A stretch of DNA of 7,183 nucleotides from Octopus sinensis. Lineage: Eukaryota. A program made the translations under genes and the position numbers. Under the pieces are notes generated by a model. It was not told the origin of the DNA. It was given only the letters and a program-made list of their open reading frames with translations, and ran no database searches. The DNA lies in NCBI RefSeq assembly GCF_006345805.1, contig NW_021828951.1, forward strand, positions 1-7,183, written 5' to 3'. Positions 1 through 7,183 of this stretch are shown piece by piece. Position 1 is the first letter of the stretch. Each line of letters starts with the position of its first letter.

Positions 1-47
<47 letters not shown>
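1..47. repeat. (AT)n microsatellite, runs off the window start
   Basis: Perfect AT dinucleotide run read directly. Confidence 0.99.
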
Positions 48-50
<3 letters not shown>

Positions 51-64
51 TTATATAGGTGTGT

Positions 65-113
65 GCAGTAGTAGTTGTAGTAGAAATTGTGATGGGGGTG
101 GTGGTGGTGGTTA
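65..113. repeat. Short (GTA)n and (GGT)n trinucleotide tracts
   Basis: cagtagtagttgtagtag followed by ggggtggtggtggtggtt. These explain the poly-Ser/Gly start of ORF 61..273. Confidence 0.8.
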
Positions 114-460
114 TGTGATATATTCAAGTTTAAGATTAAACCTATGTTATACTTTGAAAGTCATGTTTGCCATATTACCACCCGTTTTTTATTTTATTTT
201 TGAGCACCATAGCATACTTAAAAATAATTTCAAATATAAAACAATTAATATCAAATTTGGGTTCGAAGTTTAGCTTTATATTATACACTTAATGAATCAC
301 AGGACTAAACTCGCTAAATTATCTTCATATAATCAAGCTGTTTACAACAATATCTTTATTTCCATCGTCCAAACGAAACCCTTGACATACTTTTTAATCA
401 CTAATGCCTGGTACCTATTTTTAAAATTGGTTCCCATTGTTTAGTTGAAATGATCTTTGC

Positions 461-517
461 ATTTTCAAGTAGATCATTGCTGATATTATTTTCAAGTAGA
501 TCATTGCTGATATTATT
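461..517. repeat. Perfect 27-bp tandem duplication
   Basis: ATTTTCAAGTAGATCATTGCTGATATT occurs at 461-487 and 488-514, followed by ATT. Confidence 0.97.
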
Positions 518-610
518 AATCAGTAAAGAAGCTAATTGTTGAAATCGAAAAATAAATATGAAAGTCACCAAATGTTGAAACGGAGATAAAAAGAAAACTG
601 TTCTTGAAAT

Positions 611-741
611 ATCGGTTTCAAATCGAGGTACAAGACCAGTAATGTTTTTGGAAGGGTTAACCGATTATATTGACCCCAGAACTGGTTCCTGTTTAGCTAC
701 CCTGGAAGAAGAAGAACAAAGTCGACCTCGGCAGAATTTGA
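611..741 (-). mobile_element. 5'-truncated SINE body and 3' end (same family as 1933-2142 and 4099-4570)
   Basis: The reverse complement reads TCAAATTCTGCCGAGGTCGACTTTG...CTGGGGTCAATATAATCGG...CTGGTCTTGTACC..TTTGAAAC. This aligns by eye with 4275-4350 (+) and with the end of the 1933-2142 copy. Confidence 0.85.
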
Positions 742-942
742 TCTCCTTCCTTTCCCTTTCTTTCTTTCTTTCTTTCTTTCATTTATTTCTGCCTTTCTTT
801 CTTTCTTCCTTCCTTTCTCTCCCTTCTTTCCATTCTTTATCCCTCTCTTCCTTTTTCAGTCTTCATTCATACCTCTCTTTCATACTCTCTCACGGTCTGT
901 CTCTGTCTGTCTCTCTCTCCCTCTCCCTCTCTCTCTCTCCCC
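742..942. repeat. ~200-bp polypyrimidine low-complexity tract (CTTT/CT)n
   Basis: Almost pure C/T on the + strand. It accounts for the F/S/L-rich ORF 642..989. Confidence 0.95.
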
Positions 943-1629
943 GGCTATTACATTCTCAACATTCTGCTAGACAGAAGACAGAATTCTAAGGGGTTGTCAC
1001 TGCTTGCTCCTGACTACACAGGCATCTGAAACAATTAGCAAAAGTATGCTACATACTACCAGGTCCTCTTTGTTTCTCAGTCACAACTATGCTCCCTGCT
1101 GTTAATAAACTCCTTCTTCTTACTTATCACTGATGTGGTCTAATGAAACCCCTTGTTACTCCTTTTCTCCGAATCAAGCATGGAATTTCTTTGTCAGACA
1201 CAACTAAGGTAACTAGACAATCCCCATATAGGAAATTCCTGTTAAGTTTTTAAATCCTTCTCTTGTGGCTTAGAGACGTGTAGTGAACAGGAGAGGGATG
1301 TGAATTGATCCCTGGACTGCACAGATGGTTCCTACTATCAACTCAGTGACACACCAATCCTTTGCTTTTTACATCTACTTTAAATTTAGATGAAAATCTA
1401 AGAATCCACCCCTGAAAGGATGCTTGGGGATGCGGTGTGGAAAGACTTTGAATATCGAGAAGATGACATTTTTCTTAAAATGTTGTGTTCCCAGTTCTGT
1501 AGAAAAATTGGTATCTTGGTATTTCTGGTGTGTGTGTGTGTATGATCGCCAAAAGTTACCGTATTTGGTGGTTCTCAGCAGAACCTAATCGCCAGTGCAT
1601 TCCTCCTTTCTATGAATATGGATTATTTA

Positions 1630-1731
1630 ACAGGTTTTAAAATATAAGTCCTGCTGTCGATTTGTTTTCACTAATATCTTTCAAGGCGGTGCCCCAGCAT
1701 GGACACACAAATGCTTGAAACAAGTAAAAGA
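1630..1731 (+). mobile_element. Diverged SINE 3' tail fragment
   Basis: AAGGCGGTGCCCCAGCATGG...TGAAACAAGTAAAAGA matches the tail at 4589-4635 (+), 2434-2464 (+) and 5945-5991 (-). The upstream part aligns with 2376-2433. Confidence 0.85.
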
Positions 1732-1932
1732 TCAAAGCTACAGAGAAAATAACAGCAAAGTTTCAAAAGAGGAAAAAAACTTTGAACTTGGCCAAACGTT
1801 TGGCAAATACGACATGGTCATTTAGAAACATCTAGAAGCTGTAGATGTACCTCACCTCAAAACTAACAACAGGGGACAATGGTCTGAGAACGTTTGGAAT
1901 GATTTGAGTGTTTCACTATTTAGATTAGAAAA

Positions 1933-2142
1933 TATCAGTTTCAAATATTGTCACAAGGCCAGCAATATAGAGGAAGGTGGTAAATCGATTACATCAATCA
2001 CAGGGTTCAAATCGTGCTTATTATCTTGACCCCGAATCGATGTAAAGCAAAGTGGAACCCATTTGAAGCCCGAACGTAAAGACGGAGGAAATGCCGCAGG
2101 GCATTGTGTCCCTCAGACCAATGCTTCTACCAGTTCACCTCC
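1933..2142 (-). mobile_element. Near full-length, diverged tRNA-derived SINE (octopus-type)
   Basis: The reverse complement begins GGAGGTGAACTGGTAGAAGCATT (A-box-like; compare GGAGGCAAACTGGCAGAAACATT at 4099). It then has a degenerate B-box (GGCTTCAAAT), the CTTTGC..TTCGGGGTC body, and ends CTGGCCTTGTG..ATTTGAAAC like the 611-741 copy. Confidence 0.85.
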
Positions 2143-2298
2143 ATAAGATGCGAAAATATTAAATGAAGGGAGGAACGATTAATCATGTTTTAGGGATGAA
2201 ACTAAACAGGTTTCTATGTACATACGATGTTTTTTTCTGATAATGAAATCAGGGAGTCTGTTACAGTGAAAGGTTGCAGTCAGTGAAGAGACACCCGG

Positions 2299-2464
2299 CA
2301 CCGCTTGACAACCAATATTGGCATGTTTAGGTCCCAGTAACTTAGCGGTTCGGCAAAAGAAACACAGCATAATTACCAGGCTTTTAAAAAATATACAAGT
2401 ACTGGGATCGATACATACAACTAAAAATTCTTCAAGGTGGTGCACCAGCATGGCCGCAGTCTAA
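2299..2464 (+). mobile_element. 3' half of the CORE-like SINE family, with its tail truncated
   Basis: CACCGCTTGACAACC...TAACTTAGCGGTTCGGCAAAAGAAAC...CCAGCATGGCCGCAGTCTAA is the reverse-complement homologue of 5945-6115. The final TGACTGAAACAAGTAAAAGA is missing. Confidence 0.9.
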
Positions 2465-2900
2465 CTTTCCCATCTCCGTTACAGGAAGTAATGTTTCGAC
2501 CTGTAGAGTCGTTCCCAGTCACTAATCTGCTGCACTGAGGCAACCTTCATTGTGAAGCTTCGTTTAATCGCCTCGAGTTTAGCTCTTAATTTTACACGAT
2601 GTGGTGGTCATCGATGGAAGCAGTAATCACACTGGCCAAGAACAAATATCCTCCAGAGGACCATTATAGTTTCCTGCTTCTTTGAACTGAAACTTCTAAG
2701 AATTCATCCACCCAACCACCTGAATTTTATTGCCAGCTTCGTAATATGCACATGGAAGTGTGCAACATTAGACATGTCAATGCCTAAGTCACGCCCTGAT
2801 TATGAATCTGGGACCGAAATCCCTCCAGGTCCACCATATGTTGTCCGTTGATAGTATGCGGTTTGGAAATGTCCAACACTAACCTGCATGGGTTCTGTAT
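2461..2900 (-). mobile_element. Decayed CR1/Jockey-group non-LTR retrotransposon ORF2 fragment (C-terminal RT/post-RT region)
   Basis: Manual translation in one frame: MQVSVGHFQTAYYQRTTYGGPGGISVPDS*SGRDLGIDMSNVAHFHVHITKLAIKFRWLGG*ILRSFSSKKQETIMVLWRIFVLGQCDYCFHR*PPHRVKLRAKLEAIKRSFTMKVASVQQISDWERLYRSKHYFL*RRWES. It matches the CR1/L2-type motifs RDLGI, (W)ILRxF, LDYCSxxW, LExxQRxFT, YWERL and YSLERRRER. There are four internal stops (2800-2802, 2704-2706, 2608-2610, 2479-2481), two of them TGA at expected Trp positions, and no frameshift. Confidence 0.9.
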
Positions 2901-3096
2901 ATTTCATGTCAACTGGGACCTCATATTTCTGGTTCCATTTCTCTTGATGAATAATATTCAAACCTCGGTCAACGCAAATTTTATTAGGAATTTTTCTACA
3001 TTCTTAGTATTGAGTTCCTCTTTCAGTTACATTTCATTGTCTCTCAAACTTGCGTTCAAACAACAATACTTTTAAGTACACACACGTCAGTGCATT

Positions 3097-3354
3097 ATGT
3101 GTGTTGTGTGTGTATGTATGTATGTATGTATGTATGTACGTATGTGTGTGTGTATGTATGTATGTATGTGTATGTATGTATGTGTGTATGTATGTATGTA
3201 TGTATGTATGTATGTATGTATGTGTGTGTATGTATGAATGTATGAATGTACGTATGTATGTATACATGTATGTATGTATGAATGCGTATATATATATATA
3301 TATAGACATATATATATATTATATATATATATATACTATATATATATATATTAT

Positions 3355-3386
<32 letters not shown>

Positions 3387-3429
3387 GTATACATACATAT
3401 GCATACATACATACACACATACATACACA

Positions 3430-3483
<54 letters not shown>
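3097..3483. repeat. Compound microsatellite (TATG/TG)n-(TA)n-(CA/CATA)n-(TA)n
   Basis: Read directly. It generates all the Y/I/H/T/V/C/M-rich ORFs between 3034 and 3692. Confidence 0.98.
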
Positions 3484-4098
3484 GGGATATGTCTATGTAT
3501 GGTATACATGAAATATATGAAATTAAGATTGTGTGTGTATATACACATATGCAAGTAGTTTCTCCTTTTTACCTGCAGTGAGAACCTGCTACGCCTACAA
3601 ACACACACACATACATAAATATATACGGGCACACATATAGATGTAACATACACACATACACAACTGCTATAACTAATGTCAAGATTTATCATTTGTCCTC
3701 GTGATTAAATGCGCAACGCCCTGTGTGTAAAGTTCACACCTTATCTCAATATACAACGTGGACAAGTCTGGTAATCTCATTATAAATAAGAGTAAACTGA
3801 ACGGAATTTCTGTATATTTCATCGCACTTCTCGAAGCACGCTGAGCATCCAATATATTCTTGCGAGACAATCTCTTCAGATTCCAACAGAAAACCCAATT
3901 ATTTATACAGGTACGTATTATTCTTCTATTTGTTTCAATTAACAAATTATTTCTTTTTTTTTTAAATATCGTTTAACTTTTAGTTAAAACCCTGACAACA
4001 CAAACCACAATTTTTATATATTTTAAACAAATATAATTGGCACATTTCAAATATATTTTCTTCTTATAAAAACAATTTTAATGTTTTCATCTTTATTA

Positions 4099-4663
4099 GG
4101 AGGCAAACTGGCAGAAACATTATCCTTTCGGGGTCGATTAAATAAGTACCAGTTACACACTGGGGTCGATATAATCGACTTAATCCGTATGTCTGTCCTT
4201 GTTTGTCCCCTCAGTGTTTAGCCCCTTGTGGGTAGTAAAGAAATAGGTATTTCGTTTGCCGTTAGGTTCTGAGTTCAAATTCCGCCGAGGTCGACTTTGC
4301 CTTTCATCCTTTCGCGGTCGATACATTAAGTACCAGTTATGCACTGAGGTCGATATAATCGACTTAATCCGTATGTTGCCCTTGTTTGTCCTCTCTGTGT
4401 TTAGCCCTTTGTGGGTAGTAAAGAAATAGGTTTTTCCTCTGTTTTTACATTCTGAGTTCAAATTCTGCCGATGTCGATTTTGCCTTTCCTCCTTTCGGGG
4501 TCGATAAATTAAGTATCAGTTGCTTACTGGGGTCGATCCAAATGACTACCCCCTCTCCCAAAATTTCTGGGGTCTAGCTGCCCGATTAAAGGCGGTGCTC
4601 CAGCATGGCCGCAGTCAAATGACTGAAACAAGTAAGAGAGAGAGAGAGAGAGAGAGTAAGAGT
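4099..4663 (+). mobile_element. Composite SINE: tRNA-like head, ~2.5 tandem ~184-bp body units, shared tail and (AG)n
   Basis: Head GGAGGCAAACTGGCAGAAAC at 4099. TCCTTTCG(G/C)GGTCGA recurs at 4123, 4307 and 4490 (periods 184 and 183). B-box GAGTTCAAATTC at 4271 and 4454, tail at 4589-4635, then (AG)n. Confidence 0.92.
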
Positions 4664-4808
4664 ATATTTAAATACTGTTTTTTGAAAGAACATCTAGTTT
4701 AGAATTGAACAGATTTAGAAAAATATTGGTGAGTTCGTGGAATTGTCCGCTGGTTCAGAAAGCAAAATGATGTTATTTAAAAGTTTACTTTGTAGATGAG
4801 TGAAGTTA

Positions 4809-4846
4809 CGTGGCTTAGTGGTTAATGTATTCGGCTAACGATCGCA
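4809..4846 (+). mobile_element. Isolated tRNA-like SINE head (A-box), no B-box
   Basis: CGTGGCTTAGTGGTTAATGTATTCGGCTAACGATCG contains a canonical A-box, TGGCTTAGTGG. It resembles an octopus SINE head I recall, and ends at an AG-rich tract. Confidence 0.6.
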
Positions 4847-5071
4847 ATGGAGACAAAGAGAGAGAGAGAGGGGTGGGAGGAGAAGATTGGAAATGGCAAA
4901 GATGGAGTTATCCTGTATGTGACATGTAACCCAGTAAGTCTTGTTGCTCGGTTTTAAATTCCATTTCACTGTGAGCACTTTTGAATCCATGATTCTTCTT
5001 TATTTCCCTAATGTTAACAAGTGTCGATTATAATCCTGAAGGCAGTAATAGGTTTCCATGCATAGCTAAGG

Positions 5072-5400
5072 TCAGTGGTTCAAGCTTGTCATCATTCTTC
5101 TAATGAAGTGCGCCTCTGTGATTCGGAGTTTGAACGGCATCCACAACTCTTTCTAGTATCCTGGTGGAAACATTCACTTTGGCGATGTTGACAGTTCGGG
5201 AATAAACACTGTGTTGTTTGGACTGAAAAGAATGCTCTTTCACTCTCTGCGTGAAATCTGTCTCCTTGTTATCCGACGTATATGGCTTCACAACAACATG
5301 TCATCTAGTTGACCACTTCGATTTTACACACAGAAGTGAGATCTTCTGATGATGTTTTCAACTTATTTTCCCTCAATGTGGACCCAGTGTTTATTTCAAT
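5072..5400 (-). mobile_element. Decayed Penelope-like element (PLE) GIY-YIG endonuclease coding remnant
   Basis: Stitching frames on the - strand gives INTGSTLRENKLK...EVVN*MTCCCEAIYVG / FTQRVKEH...ILERVVDAV / KLRITEAHFIRRMMTSLN. This follows the PLE pattern VVYxxxCxCxxxYVGxTxR...RxKEH...LxIxEAxxIxxxxPSLN. Frameshifts lie near 5270 and 5131. ORF 5100..5291 is the middle segment. Confidence 0.8.
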
Positions 5401-5579
5401 TCCTTCGCTTCTTCCATTTCCTCTTGAAGGTTCCGGTCCCATTGACCCCTGTCTGCACACTACCATTCCTGCCGTTGTGCTTCTGTTGTCTTTGTTGTTG
5501 CTGTTATTATGAACACCAGATCATTGGCCATTCTTAGCATCGGTCCTCATTCTATAGGTCCGTATGTTTACATACATAA

Positions 5580-5755
5580 ATAATAATCATCATCGTTTAA
5601 CGTCTGTTTTCCAACTGGCATGCGTTGAGCGCTTTGATGGGAACTGGTAAGCCAGAGAGCTGCACCAGGTTCCCATTATCTCTTTTAGCATGGTTTCTGT
5701 GACTGGATGCCGATCTTTATGCCAACCACTTTTAGGAAAGTACTGGCGCCAGCAC
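5580..5755 (-). mobile_element. 3' end of a retroelement with an RTE-type tail ending in (GAT/TAT)n
   Basis: The - strand reads ...GGTTGGCATAAAGATCGGCATCCAGTCACAGAAACC...GACGTTAAACGATGATGATTATTA. I recall this as a common octopus retroposon 3' end with a trinucleotide tail. There is no second copy in the window. Confidence 0.65.
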
Positions 5756-5880
5756 AAGTTGGGTCACCAAGTAATTTCCAAAACAAATATTACAGGACTG
5801 ACCCCTCACAAACAGTTGTCGGATTGTAATACCATACGTTCTCCCTTTCATTTTCTGTGTCTCTGTATTCTAAGTTATAT

Positions 5881-5898
5881 ATGTATATTTACATACAT

Positions 5899-5931
<33 letters not shown>
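5881..5931. repeat. Compound (CATA)/(CA)n/(TA)n microsatellite
   Basis: Read directly. Confidence 0.95.
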
Positions 5932-5932
<1 letters not shown>

Positions 5933-6132
5933 TCTTTTACTCGTTTACTTGTTTCAGTCATTTGACTGTGGCCATGCTGGAGCACCGCCTTTAGTCGAGT
6001 AAATCGACCCCAGGGCTTATTCTTTGTAAGCCTAGTACTTATTCTACCGGTTTCTTTTGCCGAACCGCTAAGTTACGGGGACGTAAACACACCAGCATCG
6101 GTTGTCAAGCGATGTTGGGACACACGCACACA

Positions 6133-6331
6133 GTGACCGCGTGTGTACCGTTGGCGACTTTTTTCCTCTGTCTTCCCTTCTCTGGATCTTTCCTTCTCCT
6201 ATGTTTCCGACGAAGAGCTCCTCTCTGAACGTAAAACCCTCCTTCTTTCCTTCTTTCCTGAGCGTCCAATAATACTATATTTGTTCCACGTCCTCGCGTT
6301 GTGTTTTTTTTGTGCTTTCTTGTTTGGATTA

Positions 6332-6334
<3 letters not shown>
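6133..6334 (+). mobile_element. Probable Penelope-like element terminal (pseudo-LTR) fragment followed by (TA)n
   Basis: Pyrimidine-rich 200-bp segment unrelated to the SINE around it. It contains a hammerhead-like core and abuts a (TA)n tract, and resembles PLE ends I recall from octopus. Not database-checked. Confidence 0.6.
6203..6237 (+). ncRNA. Degenerate minimal type I hammerhead ribozyme
   Basis: GTTT-CCGACGA-AGAG-CTC-CTCT-C-TGAAC-GTA-AAAC. Stem I is GTTT/AAAC, the core is CUGANGA with U4>C, stem II is AGAG/CTCT, the GAAA box is altered to TGAA, a palindromic ACGT forms helix III, and GUA is the cleavage triplet. Confidence 0.6.
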
Positions 6335-6335
<1 letters not shown>

Positions 6336-6378
<43 letters not shown>

Positions 6379-6384
6379 ATATAT

Positions 6385-6424
<40 letters not shown>
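6336..6424. repeat. Imperfect (TA)n microsatellite
   Basis: Read directly. Confidence 0.98.
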
Positions 6425-6578
6425 ATTCTTTCAATTTCCGTCTACCAAATTGACTCACAAGGCTTTGATTGGCCCTAGGCTATAGTAGAAAACACTTGCC
6501 CAAGGTGCCTCGCAGTGGGACTGAACCCGGAACCATGTGGTTGGTAAGCAAGCTACTTAAGACACACCCACTCCTGCG

Positions 6579-6717
<139 letters not shown>

Positions 6718-6856
6718 GGACCCCCTTCGGTCAGGAATGAGGGATTGCACCTACAATGTTACCCTCCGAGGCACAAGTCTGGGCAAGGTTGTTTATGGAA
6801 GACCAGCAGTTGCCCATACATACCAGCCTCTCCTCTCCACGCCATCGATGTTATCC
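6718..6856 (-). mobile_element. Probable SINE 3' portion abutting the microsatellite
   Basis: The GC-richer block GGACCCCCTTCGGTC...GGGATTGCACCTA...CCCTCCGAGGCACAAGTC.GGGCAAGGTTGTTTATGGAAGACCAGCAG...GATGTTATCC matches an octopus SINE 3' region I recall. Strand is assigned from that recollection only. Confidence 0.55.
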
Positions 6857-7183
6857 TCATTCCTCTAAGTCTGCCACAAGGATGTTTGATTTGGTAGTAC
6901 TTGACATCGCTGAGTCACTACGGATTTACCAGTGGATTAGCTATAGATTTATAATAATGTGGATGGAGCAAACAGGGATTAACTGTTCCGTTAATCATAG
7001 TATTTTCTATCCACAGCTGAGGTATGTAGGGCAGGTAATCTATTTCTGGAGTTTTTAGAGGCTAGTCTACAGTAGCCTTTATACTGCTATCGATAGAGTC
7101 ACCATGTGTTGTACAGTGTCATCATCTCTTCTCAATTTTGGAGAGTGTTCATATTTGTATTACTTTTCACGACAAAGTCAATG

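Noticed and set aside
642-989. 115-aa hydrophobic ORF
   Set aside because: It is antisense SINE sequence plus the CT tract, so the apparent membrane-like character is an artefact.
1130-1160. Second hammerhead-like pattern CTGATGT...GAAAC
   Set aside because: A9 is T, the spacer GGTCTAAT cannot form stem II, and no stem I pairing flanks a downstream NUH.
1420-1500. Peptide WKDFEYREDDIFL, reminiscent of a sulfotransferase N-terminus
   Set aside because: The expected following TYPKSGT motif is absent and no splice donor explains its loss. It is too short to support.
1791-1804. Perfect 14-bp palindrome GCCAAACGTTTGGC
   Set aside because: Single and short, with no associated termini or repeats, so chance cannot be excluded.
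1742-2031. Long + frame with a single stop (ELGQTFGKYDMVI*KHLEAVDVPHL...)
   Set aside because: No motif I recognise, and the frame runs into antisense SINE sequence.
3034-3692. Six overlapping ORFs of 60-144 aa
   Set aside because: They are translations of stop-poor dinucleotide and tetranucleotide repeats, with no protein-like complexity.
4123-4570. CRISPR-like array interpretation
   Set aside because: The whole ~184-bp units are homologous, with no unique spacers and no cas genes. The context is eukaryotic.

Overview
AT-rich, microsatellite-dense eukaryotic non-coding DNA (intron or intergenic). I recognise the repeat families, from memory and not from a database search, as those of octopus or another coleoid cephalopod. 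No intact protein-coding gene is supported: the listed ORFs are microsatellite or SINE read-throughs, or parts of decayed retroelements. The window holds about nine tRNA-derived or related SINE pieces that share modules, a decayed CR1/Jockey-group LINE reverse-transcriptase C-terminus (- strand, ~2461-2900) and a frameshifted Penelope-type GIY-YIG endonuclease remnant (- strand, ~5072-5400). A probable Penelope terminal fragment (6133-6334) is nested inside a CORE-like SINE and carries a degenerate minimal type I hammerhead ribozyme (6203-6237), which is the most interesting signal. Several junctions point to module swapping and deletion between retroelements.
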